Below, piece by piece: positions 1 to 9,525 of a DNA stretch of 64,000 bases. This DNA comes from a virus: IMG/VR virus record IMGVR_UViG_3300019458_000032, positions 12,588-76,587 of that record, one strand, 5' to 3'. Below the pieces are notes generated by a model. The model ran no database searches and was not told the DNA's origin. It saw only the letters and a program-made list of their open reading frames with translations. The position numbers and the translations under genes were made by a program. How positions within the stretch are numbered: the first letter of the stretch is position 1; each line of letters begins with the position of its first letter.

Positions 1-1
1 A

Positions 2-547
2 TTTAAGTTTCGTGGTATTGATCAGTTTGTAAATGCTTTGTATCCGGCATTAACGGTTGAAGGTGTATTTATGGCTCCTCGTTGTGTGAATTATACACAA
101 GAATTGAAAGATGTTACACGTGGTAGTGGTAAAGCGGGAGTTGATAAACACGTAGCTATTATGATGGAATATGATTTCTTTGCGGAAGATGGGTCAAAGG
201 TTACAGTGGGTCCTATTCCCGCCGAAGGATTAGATTCTGGCGATAAAGCAACAAATAAAGCATTATCTGCCGCACTTAAATATGCTTTAATTCAAACATT
301 TAGTGTTCCAACAGAAGATATGGCTGAAGCAGATAAAGAGAGTCCTGAAATTGGGACAGCTAAAGATAAAAAATCACAACCTGAAACAAAAAGAACACGC
401 TCAAGTTTCGCTAAAGAAAGCAGTCAAGAACAAGTGGGAAGTACTACTACAGTTCCTGTTTCTGCCACTGCAAATGGTAGTGGTGCTGCATCATTAACCG
501 CAAAAGCGGGACAAACAACCCCTGTGCCCAATAATGGGTGGAGTTAA
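2..547 (+). CDS. ERF-family ssDNA annealing protein (5' truncated by window edge)
   Basis: Frame is open from base 2 (FKFRGIDQFVNALYPAL). ERF-type signature EGLDSGDKATNKALSAALKYALIQTFSVPTED, followed by a low-complexity C-tail. Confidence 0.85.
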   Translation, partial: FKFRGIDQFVNALYPALTVEGVFMAPRCVNYTQELKDVTRGSGKAGVDKHVAIMMEYDFFAEDGSKVTVGPIPAEGLDSGDKATNKALSAALKYALIQTFSVPTEDMAEADKESPEIGTAKDKKSQPETKRTRSSFAKESSQEQVGSTTTVPVSATANGSGAASLTAKAGQTTPVPNNGWS

Positions 548-549
548 TA

Positions 550-996
550 ATGTCAGAAGAATTGGCACCAGTATTAGAAACCCCTAAAGAAGAAGTTAAT
601 ATTCTGGACGTAATTAATAATCCAGAGAATCCAGCAACGGAAGAGCAAGTTAAAGCTGCTACAGAAGAGTTGGCAGTTAAAGCAACGACTCCTGAACAAC
701 AAATTGAGCAAGTTGCGCAGTTCTTTAAGCTTTATATGCAAGTTTTTAAGAATCAAATCGAAGGTTTGAATAATAAGGCTTTGAAGAGAATTATTACAAG
801 ACTTGTAGAATTTCCTTTACAGGAAGATGAAATTACATGGCCCTTTAAGGAAGAGAAGGAAATTTTTGCAGTAGGTCATAGACTTTTAGAAGCCAAATAT
901 GGTATGGCTCAATATGTTTTAAATAATCAAATTCAAGAACTAGGTTCTGAAGATAAAAAAGAAGAAGGAGTTAAAGAAAATGGCGAGCAAACGTAA
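550..996 (+). CDS. hypothetical protein (acidic, helical)
   Basis: ORF with likely ATG at 550, tightly packed between neighbours. Confidence 0.6.
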   Translation: MSEELAPVLETPKEEVNILDVINNPENPATEEQVKAATEELAVKATTPEQQIEQVAQFFKLYMQVFKNQIEGLNNKALKRIITRLVEFPLQEDEITWPFKEEKEIFAVGHRLLEAKYGMAQYVLNNQIQELGSEDKKEEGVKENGEQT

Positions 997-1243
997 AGTT
1001 ATCGGTAGTGTGGTTAGAGGTAAAGAAGGAAAACCTGATTACATCAAAGTGCGTGGTACACACGTATTGAAAGATGGTCAGTTTTTGAATCTTGAGAGTA
1101 AAGATCAGCAACTTGCAAGTCTTGACGCTGCTGTGGCTAGTAAGAAAGTTTCAGTCGAAACAGCCGCTGGAGTTCGTGAACGCATTAATAAGATTCCAGA
1201 TTTTGTAAGATTTGAAATTATTTCCATCGAAAGAAACGATTAA
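980..1243 (+). CDS. small hypothetical protein
   Basis: ORF preceded by AAGGAG ribosome-binding site (RBS). Confidence 0.6.
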   Translation: MASKRKVIGSVVRGKEGKPDYIKVRGTHVLKDGQFLNLESKDQQLASLDAAVASKKVSVETAAGVRERINKIPDFVRFEIISIERND

Positions 1244-1247
1244 TATA

Positions 1248-1363
1248 AAGCTAGCCTTTAGGAACAACTGCCTGGCGGAGTGTAGCTAACATCGGGAGGT
1301 GACGAACCCGAGGACCAGGAAAGCTTACTTAATTACATTTAGAACAAGGCGGTTCTAGGTAAG
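1248..1363 (+). ncRNA. candidate structured intergenic RNA element
   Basis: GC-rich intergenic stretch with nested stems AAGCT/AGCTT, CCTGG(1271)/CCAGG(1315), TCGGG(1292)/CCCGA(1307), then CTTAC/GTAAG enclosing TAGAAC/GTTCTA. Confidence 0.35.
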
Positions 1364-1375
1364 GGATAACGGCTC

Positions 1376-1403
1376 AGGGATGAGAACTTGTCCCTATTTT
1401 TTT
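1376..1403 (+). terminator. intrinsic terminator
   Basis: AGGGATGA-gaac-TTGTCCCT hairpin followed by ATTTTTTT. Confidence 0.65.
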
Positions 1404-1415
1404 ATTAGGAGTAAA

Positions 1416-1763
1416 ATGGATATTCAATTTTACCACCATAAAACTGGACCAAGTCGATTCACTGCCTGTGTAGAAGTTCCCGAACGTGAAATGCTCGAAA
1501 ATCTCATCAGAATAGACACCTACAAGAATATCGTTATTCCAATCGGTTTTTCATTTGTACATCCTAATGATAAATATGTTAAAGAACAAGGTCGTCTGTT
1601 ATCTGGTGATAGACTTGTAAATGAATTTTTCAATTTAACCCATGTTGTATACAAAAATGAGCATCAGTGTACGGAACTTCATTTACAAAACGAATCTACT
1701 ATGGTAGTATTAGAGTTACATCCTAATAGAAAAAGAGCTTATTTAATAAAGGTAGAAATTTAA
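1416..1763 (+). CDS. hypothetical protein
   Basis: ATG at 1416 preceded by AGGAG. The ORF-track start at 1380 lies inside the terminator. Confidence 0.6.
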   Translation: MDIQFYHHKTGPSRFTACVEVPEREMLENLIRIDTYKNIVIPIGFSFVHPNDKYVKEQGRLLSGDRLVNEFFNLTHVVYKNEHQCTELHLQNESTMVVLELHPNRKRAYLIKVEI

Positions 1764-1765
1764 TT

Positions 1766-3730
1766 ATGTCAGAAACAAAATATATTCGTGTTACAAAGGG
1801 TTTAAACGATAAAGGTATTCTGGTTTCACCTGAAGACTATAAAGCCCTGGATTTACAACCCGATCAAGATTATTATTCAAGCATTCATTATTATAATGAA
1901 CTTCAATTTAGAAAATTTAAAGAAACTGGATCTATTTCTGGAATTACTGATGTCAAAACTGATAAACTAGTATTTGATTTGGATTATAAAACAGATTTAG
2001 AAGTAGCTCGTCAAGATACTCTAACCATTGTAAAACGTTTAGAAGATATTGGAATCAATAAATCTAAGATTCAATTTTACTTTTCGGGTCAAAAAGGTTT
2101 TACGGTTGTTGTGAATCTTAAACAATATTTGAGCCCTGAACGTCTAGCAAACATCGCTTTAAATGTTATTGGTAAGAACATTAAAACTCTCGATACATCT
2201 TTGTATAATGCTTCAAGACTACTGAGGGTTCCAAATACTCGACATCCTGTTACTGGGTTATTTAAAATTCCTCTAACTTTTAATCAACTTTCTAAACTTA
2301 AAATAGAAACAATAAAAGAAAATGCAGTTAGACCAGGTTCAACCCCACCTGTTACAGAATCTGTTGAATTATCTGAAGAACTCATTAAAGAAGAATTAAA
2401 GGCTGAAGAAAAAACTCAATTAGAATCTAGGGCCTATTCTTTAGAATTAACTAAGAAACCTTCTCAATGGAAGAATTGTAAATGGTCATTACTACAAGGT
2501 AACTTCGATAGTGGTGAACGTCATAATGCTCTTATGGTTATCGCAGCAACTTGTCGCGGTTTAGGTTATGACAAAAACACAACATATTATATGTGTAAAT
2601 CTGCTTTAAAGAAACAAGCAGCTAGAACTGGTTATGATGAATTTTCAAAAGAAGAATTATATAAGAACATTATTGAACAATCTGTATTCAAAGATAACTG
2701 GGAAGGGGGTCAATTTTCCTGTAAAACTTCTGGGTGGTTACAAAGTTATTGTAATCGTTTAGGCGAACATAAATGTAAAGATCGTGAAGTTGAAGACAAA
2801 CCATGTGTTAATTTTGACGACATGACTACAAACTTTTTAACATATGCTAAAGACTTTGAGAAGAATGTCATTAGAACCGGAATTAAGGGACTAGATAATC
2901 ATTTAATTCTTTGTACTTCAACTCTAAATGGATTGCTTGGAAATCCTGGCAGTGGTAAGACCACAATGGCCTTAAATTATCTACGTAATACGTCTTTAAG
3001 CGACATTCCTTCGGTCTTTTTGAGCTTGGACATGGGTATGCCCCTTGTATACGGAAAACTCATCCAGAAACGTTTGGGGCTGTCTTTTGAGAAGGTTATG
3101 GAACTCTTTAGAGATAAACCCAGTGATCTTAAAGATGTTGTATCAGATATTAAAAAAGAATATAAGAACGTTGGGTTTAATTTTAGATCAGGTTTAACTG
3201 TGCCCGATATTAAAACGGTTATAAAAGAACATGAAGAAACTTTGGGCGGGAAAAAGGTTAAACTTCTTGTAATTGACTATCTCGAATGTTTAGCTGGACC
3301 TTATTCCGATGCAACTGCCAATTTTGGATTTATTGCTAATCAACTTAAAGATCTTGCTAATGAAATGGAAATCTGTATTCTATTATTACTTCAAACTCAA
3401 AAACATTCTACCCCCGATATTGCAGATCCACTCTTGAGTTTAAAGGGAGTTAAAGGGTCATCCATTATTGAACAAAGTTGTACAGTGATTCTAACCCTTT
3501 GGAGAGAGGGATACAATCCAAAACACGTTGAAGATGATAAGTATATTTCATTTGCTATTGTAAAGAATAGATTTGGAAGTCTTTGGAGTGGAGATTTCGG
3601 GTGGAATCCTGTATCAGGTGATATCACTGGACTTACAGAAGAGCAGAAATGGGAGCTTGAGAACTTTAAAGAACGTAAAGTTAATGAAAAAGCTGAAAAT
3701 GAAGCAAAAAAGAAAGAAGAATGGTCATAA
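1766..3730 (+). CDS. AEP-type primase fused to DnaB-like (SF4) helicase
   Basis: Primase motifs LVFDLD, FSGQKGF and RLLRVPNT. Helicase Walker A GNPGSGKTT, Walker B LLVIDYLE and KNRFG. Confidence 0.9.
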   Translation: MSETKYIRVTKGLNDKGILVSPEDYKALDLQPDQDYYSSIHYYNELQFRKFKETGSISGITDVKTDKLVFDLDYKTDLEVARQDTLTIVKRLEDIGINKSKIQFYFSGQKGFTVVVNLKQYLSPERLANIALNVIGKNIKTLDTSLYNASRLLRVPNTRHPVTGLFKIPLTFNQLSKLKIETIKENAVRPGSTPPVTESVELSEELIKEELKAEEKTQLESRAYSLELTKKPSQWKNCKWSLLQGNFDSGERHNALMVIAATCRGLGYDKNTTYYMCKSALKKQAARTGYDEFSKEELYKNIIEQSVFKDNWEGGQFSCKTSGWLQSYCNRLGEHKCKDREVEDKPCVNFDDMTTNFLTYAKDFEKNVIRTGIKGLDNHLILCTSTLNGLLGNPGSGKTTMALNYLRNTSLSDIPSVFLSLDMGMPLVYGKLIQKRLGLSFEKVMELFRDKPSDLKDVVSDIKKEYKNVGFNFRSGLTVPDIKTVIKEHEETLGGKKVKLLVIDYLECLAGPYSDATANFGFIANQLKDLANEMEICILLLLQTQKHSTPDIADPLLSLKGVKGSSIIEQSCTVILTLWREGYNPKHVEDDKYISFAIVKNRFGSLWSGDFGWNPVSGDITGLTEEQKWELENFKERKVNEKAENEAKKKEEWS

Positions 3731-4104
3731 TGAAAAAAGTTATCATAGCTGGTTCTAGAACTTTACTTCCCTCGGTAGGATTTATAGAAAGATCTTTAAG
3801 AATGGTAGGATTAACTGACAATCAATATCGCATTATAAGTGGAAATGCATATGGTGTAGATCAGGTTGGAGAAGCGTTGGCAAAAGAATCCGGTTGGCCC
3901 TTCGAAATCTTTCCGGCTGATTGGGAAACTCATGGAAAATCCGCCGGTCCTATTAGAAATAAAGAAATGGCTCATTATGCAGATATTTTACTTTTAATAT
4001 GGGACGGAAAATCAAAAGGTTCTTTAAATATGAAAAAGAATATGCTTAATTTAGGTAAACCAGTTCACGAAATAATTATCAAAAGAGATTGGAATTTGAC
4101 ATGA
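3730..4104 (+). CDS. SLOG-superfamily (DUF2493/YspA-like) protein
   Basis: KVIIAGSR, ISGNAYGVD, FPADW-HGKSAGPIRN-EMA, WDGKSKGS. Confidence 0.8.
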   Translation: MKKVIIAGSRTLLPSVGFIERSLRMVGLTDNQYRIISGNAYGVDQVGEALAKESGWPFEIFPADWETHGKSAGPIRNKEMAHYADILLLIWDGKSKGSLNMKKNMLNLGKPVHEIIIKRDWNLT

Positions 4105-4400
4105 CAATATTCAATGATACCTTTATTGGAAAAGAAGTTGAGATTGTGACAAATTTTGCTCAAAAAACACACCATGAATCTGAAGAAGGGTCTTATATTG
4201 AAGAAGGCCCAATTGTATTTCGTGGATTTCTTGTAGGAGTTGATGAGGATCATTATTTGCTAGGAGAAACTCTAGATAAGGTTACAGATTGGATTCCTAA
4301 ATCAGCATGTTTAAAAGGTGGACTTTCTAGACAAGAGGAAAGTGGTGCAAATTTAGATGACATTTTTGATAATATGCCAACAGGTGGTGGATTAAATTGA
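4101..4400 (+). CDS. hypothetical protein, possible Sm/LSm-like fold
   Basis: FIGKEVEIVT...FRGFLVGVDEDHYLL resembles the Sm1 motif. ATGA overlap with upstream gene. Confidence 0.4.
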   Translation: MTIFNDTFIGKEVEIVTNFAQKTHHESEEGSYIEEGPIVFRGFLVGVDEDHYLLGETLDKVTDWIPKSACLKGGLSRQEESGANLDDIFDNMPTGGGLN

Positions 4401-4714
4401 AATATTTGTTGTTAATTGCAACATCTTTATTTATTCTTTCTTGTGGTGGACCTCAAGGAGCAACAGGACCACAAGGAGAACCTGGTGTATCTCCCATACC
4501 AGAACCAATTAAATTTTGTCCAAGTTATACAGGGAAATATCCTGGACCCTTCCCCGAATATGGGATTTGTTTATCAGGTAATATATATGCAGTCTATTGG
4601 GATAACAAAAATGCATGGTTAGCTCAAGTTTATCCAGGTCGTTATAAATCAACTTCAACAAGTGCTCCTTGCACCTTTACAGTTGAACCAAATTGTGTTA
4701 TAAAGGAAGAATGA
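4397..4714 (+). CDS. lipoprotein with short collagen-like repeat
   Basis: Signal peptide with lipobox ILS-C, GPQGATGPQGEPG repeat, Cys-containing C-terminal domain. Confidence 0.7.
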   Translation: MKYLLLIATSLFILSCGGPQGATGPQGEPGVSPIPEPIKFCPSYTGKYPGPFPEYGICLSGNIYAVYWDNKNAWLAQVYPGRYKSTSTSAPCTFTVEPNCVIKEE

Positions 4715-4875
4715 AGATACCATTTGGACCATATGAAGACACTGAAGTTAAAGATCTCCCTGTATCATATTGTGAAAAGTTATTAACTAAAATCGATATA
4801 CGAGATAAAAGATTAAGGGCTGAGTTAGAAGAAAGAATAAAAATTCCAAATATAAAGGATGAAGAAAATGAGTGA
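4711..4875 (+). CDS. small DUF3820-like (PFG motif) protein
   Basis: MKIPFGPY...VKDLPVSY resembles the MPFGKY...DLP..YL family. Confidence 0.55.
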   Translation: MKIPFGPYEDTEVKDLPVSYCEKLLTKIDIRDKRLRAELEERIKIPNIKDEENE

Positions 4876-5875
4876 TTCTGTAGAAGATGCTAAAGATTTT
4901 GTTGAATTAACTGAATCTAGATCAAAAACAATATCTAGATTAGACGCCATTTTCGGTAAATCAACTCAACCTTCATTGTCAATACCCAGTGATGAAGAAG
5001 ATAATGAATCATCTCCTGGTACACCAGTTCAATATCAATTATATAGAAATGGATATTCTCCCACAAATCAAACTGTTAAAAAACTTCCATCCGGCTGTTA
5101 TGAAATTACGGCAGATAATAATTGTGTATATGTTTATCCTGCCCCTAAACCAACTGGACTTCTTTTAGAACTTCCTGAAATGAGATCAGAAGAAGTTATT
5201 AACGTGATTGAAAATTTTTGGAATTCAGAAAAAGATTATAAAGAAGGAAATGAATTTGTTGTTGGTGGTGCAGCATTTAAGGCGGGCATCATGTTGTATG
5301 GTCCTCCAGGATCGGGGAAAACTTCCGTTATTAAAATTGTCTCTAATAAACTTATTGAAAGAGGGGGGACGGTTTTTTATGCATCTGGAAATCCAAATTT
5401 AATTATGGGATTTCTAGAGAATTTTTCTCAAATTGAAACCAATCGTAAATGTGTAGTTGTTTTAGAAGATATTGATAGTTTAATTATGAATTGGGGAGAA
5501 AGTATATATCTTGCTATGTTGGATAGTGCTAAATCTATAGATAATGTATTATTTATTGCGACCACAAACTATCCCGATAGATTAGATCCAAGAATTTATA
5601 ATAGACCAGGTAGATTCAGTCATGTAATTAAAGTTGGGTTGCCAACAGAAAAAGCTCGCGAAGCTTATTTAAAGGCGATTCTTAAAGATCATCGTGATGT
5701 AGAATATATTGTAAAACATACTGATAATTTTAGTGTGGATCATCTAACGGCTCTTGTTAACTCAACTTATCGAGAAAAAAAGGATCTTAAAAACGAGATC
5801 ACTAGACTTCGTACTCTCTTCAAAGTTCCTAAATCAGAAGAAGATAAAACTATGGGGATAGGTAGTGACATCTGA
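4868..5875 (+). CDS. AAA+ ATPase
   Basis: Walker A GPPGSGKT, Walker B VVVLEDID, SRH motif TTNYPDRLD...RPGRF. Confidence 0.9.
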   Translation: MSDSVEDAKDFVELTESRSKTISRLDAIFGKSTQPSLSIPSDEEDNESSPGTPVQYQLYRNGYSPTNQTVKKLPSGCYEITADNNCVYVYPAPKPTGLLLELPEMRSEEVINVIENFWNSEKDYKEGNEFVVGGAAFKAGIMLYGPPGSGKTSVIKIVSNKLIERGGTVFYASGNPNLIMGFLENFSQIETNRKCVVVLEDIDSLIMNWGESIYLAMLDSAKSIDNVLFIATTNYPDRLDPRIYNRPGRFSHVIKVGLPTEKAREAYLKAILKDHRDVEYIVKHTDNFSVDHLTALVNSTYREKKDLKNEITRLRTLFKVPKSEEDKTMGIGSDI

Positions 5876-8039
5876 ACATGATTTAATCTACGGTAAAGCT
5901 TCCGTGGATCGAATTGTTAATATTGAAGTCACTGACGATGTTGCAGAGATTTATCGTGAATTAGAAGATGGTTCTATAAATGTCACTGTAGTTCCTAATA
6001 AATTTTGGATATTAGCTAATCAGCAATTGGATAGAAATTTTGTAAGACTCAAGGGTGATCTTCATTATAAATGGGGTCGTCAATTTTCAGAACGTAAACA
6101 ATTCTCTCAATTCAGATATTTTACTAAACAACGTGATGAGGATATATTTTCTGTATATGATGCGAAAGAAGCTTTAATGCTTAAAGATGGTTATACATAT
6201 TATAAAAATATGAGACCACAAGATGTATCAATTCTATCATTCGATATTGAAACAACATCATTAGATCCAAATATTCCAGAAGCCACAGTTCTTCTTATTT
6301 CTAATACACTTAGAAAGAATGGAAAGATTGAGAAGAAATTATTTTCTTTTGAAGATTCTGGAAGTGCTGGGCAAATGATAGAGGACTGGTGTGATTGGGT
6401 AAGAAAAGTTAATCCAGCTATTATATGTGGACACAATATTTTTTCTTTTGATTTACCATATTTAAATTCTATTGCTGAAAAATGTGAAGTCGAATTAAAA
6501 TTGGGTCGCAATGGAAATATTGTTAAATTTGATAAGTTTGAATCACAAAAAAGAATAGATCAAACTAGAGATCAGAATTATAAACGTTCTCATATTTATG
6601 GTAGAGAAATTATTGATACAATGTTTCTTGCGATTGATTATGATATTTCAAAAAAATATGAATCATATGCATTAAAGAAAATCATTGCTCAAGAAGGTTT
6701 AGAGAAAAAAGATCGTGTATTTTATGATGCCGCTAAAATTAGAGTTAATTATAAAGATCCTGTAGAATGGACTAAAATAAAAGAATATTGTAAAGATGAC
6801 GCAGATGATGCATTAGCACTCTTTGATTTAATGTCTGCACCCTTTTTCTATATGACTCAATCTGTTCCTAAATCATTTGAATTGATGATTCAATCTGCAA
6901 CCGGATCAAAAATTAATTCTGTAATGATGAGAGCTTATTTACAACAAGGACATAGTCTTCCAAAAACAAATCCAGTTGTTGCATATCAAGGTGCAATATC
7001 TTTAGGTAAAGAAAATGCTGGAGTATTTAATAATGTTTGGAAAGTTGACGTTGCAAGTCTATATCCTTCAATTATGATTGAATATGAAGTTTGTGATAAA
7101 GCTAAAGATCCAAATGAATACTTTAAAACTCTTGTGAGGGTGTTTACGGAAAAAAGATTAGAATATAAAAAGAAAGCTAAAGAGGATAAATATTATGATG
7201 ATCTCCAGGCCGCGTTCAAAATATTCATTAACAGTGCTTATGGTTTCCTTGGCACTCAAGGGCTATCGTTTAACTCTCCATCTAATGCGTCGTTTATCAC
7301 AGAAAAAGGGAGAGAGATTCTTAACAAGGCAATTGCTTGGGCAGCCGATCAAAACCTTCAACTTGTCAATGCCGATACAGATTCTATTTCTGTTACTGAG
7401 AAAGATGGCTCATATATTTCTGTGGATAAACGCAAAGCTTTACTTCAAAGCTTATGTTCTCTATACCCTAGCAGAATCTCATGGGAAGACGACGGATATT
7501 ATACAAAAGTAATTACGGTTGGAACGAAAAATTATATCTTAAAGAAAGAAGATGGTAAAGTAACTATTAAAGGTTCTGCATTAAAAGGTAAAACTCGTGA
7601 ACCCGCATTAAATGAATTCATGAATAAAATGATTGATAAACTTCTAAATAATGATACAAATTATTTATCATTGTATTATGAATATGTTAAAGAAATATTA
7701 CAAATTAAAGATATTACTCGTTGGGTAATGAGAAAATCTATTTCTGAAAATACAATAAAATCTACACGTCTTAATGAAACAAAGATTATAGATGCCATTA
7801 AAGGAACAGAATATAGAGAAGGTGATAGAGTTTACATGTTCTTTAAATCTGACGACACTCTTTGTTTACTTGAAAAATATGATGGTGATTATTCTAGAGA
7901 AAGATTTTTAGAAAAACTTTATAATACAGTTGAAATATTACATTTGGTAATAGATGTAAATCAATTTCCAGATCTAAGTCTAGCAAAGAAAACTATCATG
8001 AAAAGATATCATATTGACTTGGATAATTTTACATTATGA
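5865..8039 (+). CDS. family B DNA polymerase with 3'-5' exonuclease
   Basis: Exonuclease motifs DIET, GHNIFSFDLPYL and YCKDD. Polymerase motifs DVASLYPS, K-INSAYG and DTDS. Confidence 0.95.
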   Translation: MTSEHDLIYGKASVDRIVNIEVTDDVAEIYRELEDGSINVTVVPNKFWILANQQLDRNFVRLKGDLHYKWGRQFSERKQFSQFRYFTKQRDEDIFSVYDAKEALMLKDGYTYYKNMRPQDVSILSFDIETTSLDPNIPEATVLLISNTLRKNGKIEKKLFSFEDSGSAGQMIEDWCDWVRKVNPAIICGHNIFSFDLPYLNSIAEKCEVELKLGRNGNIVKFDKFESQKRIDQTRDQNYKRSHIYGREIIDTMFLAIDYDISKKYESYALKKIIAQEGLEKKDRVFYDAAKIRVNYKDPVEWTKIKEYCKDDADDALALFDLMSAPFFYMTQSVPKSFELMIQSATGSKINSVMMRAYLQQGHSLPKTNPVVAYQGAISLGKENAGVFNNVWKVDVASLYPSIMIEYEVCDKAKDPNEYFKTLVRVFTEKRLEYKKKAKEDKYYDDLQAAFKIFINSAYGFLGTQGLSFNSPSNASFITEKGREILNKAIAWAADQNLQLVNADTDSISVTEKDGSYISVDKRKALLQSLCSLYPSRISWEDDGYYTKVITVGTKNYILKKEDGKVTIKGSALKGKTREPALNEFMNKMIDKLLNNDTNYLSLYYEYVKEILQIKDITRWVMRKSISENTIKSTRLNETKIIDAIKGTEYREGDRVYMFFKSDDTLCLLEKYDGDYSRERFLEKLYNTVEILHLVIDVNQFPDLSLAKKTIMKRYHIDLDNFTL

Positions 8040-8974
8040 AGTTTCCTAGAGAAGAAATTAATTTTATTTTCGACGACGGGGGAGTTGGAGATAACGTGGC
8101 GAGAATGCCTTGTTTACGTTATATCAAGGATCATTTTCCATGGGTTACTCCTTACTTATGGACACCAGATTACTTTCTAGAATTTGCTCGTAATATTGCT
8201 CCAGACATTAAAATTTATCCTTTTTCTCAAGGGTATAAGAAATTTAAAGATAAAATACCTGGAAGACAAACTACAATGAAACATCATGATACTCTTTCAA
8301 CACATTTAACAGATCATGCATTCCATGTATTAGCTAATAGACAAGTTAAGATTGAAAATAAAAATTATCTACCCTTAAGAAATATAGATGGTATAGATAT
8401 TACAAGATTTAATCTTCCAAAAGAATATGTTGTAATGACAACAGGATTTACTGCTCCTATAAGAGAATTTTTACCCCAAAAGGTTAACACAATTGTACAA
8501 TATTTAAATGAAAGAAATATGTCTGTAGTATTTCTTGGAAGTAAGCAAGCAATAACTGGTGGTATGTCTCAAGACATTACTGGTAATTTTAACACAGAAA
8601 TAGATTATTCTAAAGGTTTAAATCTTGTTGATCAAACTTCACTTCTTGAAGCTGCTAAAATTATAGCCCAATCTAAAGCAATTATTGGATTGGATAATGG
8701 ACTTCTACATCTTGCTGCATGTAGTGATGTACCTATTATAGGTGGATTCACAAGTGTAGATCCATGGCTTAGGAATCCCTATCGTCATAATGAATTAGGT
8801 TGGAATTGTTATAATGTAGTTCCACCTGACTCTGAACCTGAGAAGTTCTTTCAATCCAGAATGGATTTTCTGTATGAACATGATTATAGATATAGTTTTT
8901 ATAAAAATAATAATTTAATTGAGAGTCTACCAACAGAAGATTTTATTAAATATCTAGAAGAGGTTTTGAAATGA
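8036..8974 (+). CDS. GT9-family (heptosyltransferase-like) glycosyltransferase
   Basis: GVGDN near N-terminus; LLEAAKIIAQSKAIIGLDNGLLHLAA signature. Confidence 0.85.
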   Translation: MKFPREEINFIFDDGGVGDNVARMPCLRYIKDHFPWVTPYLWTPDYFLEFARNIAPDIKIYPFSQGYKKFKDKIPGRQTTMKHHDTLSTHLTDHAFHVLANRQVKIENKNYLPLRNIDGIDITRFNLPKEYVVMTTGFTAPIREFLPQKVNTIVQYLNERNMSVVFLGSKQAITGGMSQDITGNFNTEIDYSKGLNLVDQTSLLEAAKIIAQSKAIIGLDNGLLHLAACSDVPIIGGFTSVDPWLRNPYRHNELGWNCYNVVPPDSEPEKFFQSRMDFLYEHDYRYSFYKNNNLIESLPTEDFIKYLEEVLK

Positions 8975-9525
8975 GAAATGTTGGTGGGGAGAGTCGTAAG
9001 ACTTATCAACAGAAATTAGATTCAGGCTTCTTCACTAAATGGATGTCGGGTGTAGGAATTGACATAGGCTACAAAGGTTACGAACAAAATGTTGTCTCAA
9101 TCCTAGAAACGGCCCAAGGCATTGATATGGACACACCAGGCTATGACGGTAAAACTCTTCCATTTCTTGACAAATCTATGGATTATGTGTATAGTAGTCA
9201 TACATTAGAACATATCCTTGATTATAAACAAGCTATACAGGAGTGGTTCAGAGTTATAAAAATTGGTGGATATATAATCACAGTTGTACCGCATCAATGG
9301 TTATACGAAAAAAAGAAAGAACTCCCAAGTCAGTTCAACGGAGACCACCGTCGCTTCTATTTGGCATCATCGCTTCTCAAAGAATTTGAAGATTCATTAG
9401 AAGTTAATAGTTTTAGAGTTAGACATTTAAGAGAAAATGATGAAGGTCATAATTATAACGATCCTCCCGAAGTACATGGTAGATGGTTATATGAAATTGA
9501 ACTTGTTATAGAGAGGATAAAATGA
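8971..9525 (+). CDS. class I SAM-dependent methyltransferase (type 11-like)
   Basis: GIDIGY, LPF-D-SMDYVYSSHTLEH, EWFRVIKIGG. Confidence 0.85.
   Translation: MRNVGGESRKTYQQKLDSGFFTKWMSGVGIDIGYKGYEQNVVSILETAQGIDMDTPGYDGKTLPFLDKSMDYVYSSHTLEHILDYKQAIQEWFRVIKIGGYIITVVPHQWLYEKKKELPSQFNGDHRRFYLASSLLKEFEDSLEVNSFRVRHLRENDEGHNYNDPPEVHGRWLYEIELVIERIK

Noticed and set aside
1269-1320. TGCCTGGCGG resembles the 5' end of 5S rRNA
   Set aside because: Similarity stops after about 10 nt; no 5S or tRNA architecture.
4868-5875. AAA+ ATPase as the phage's own sigma-54 activator
   Set aside because: Lacks the GAFTGA loop and HTH; has a classic AAA SRH motif instead.
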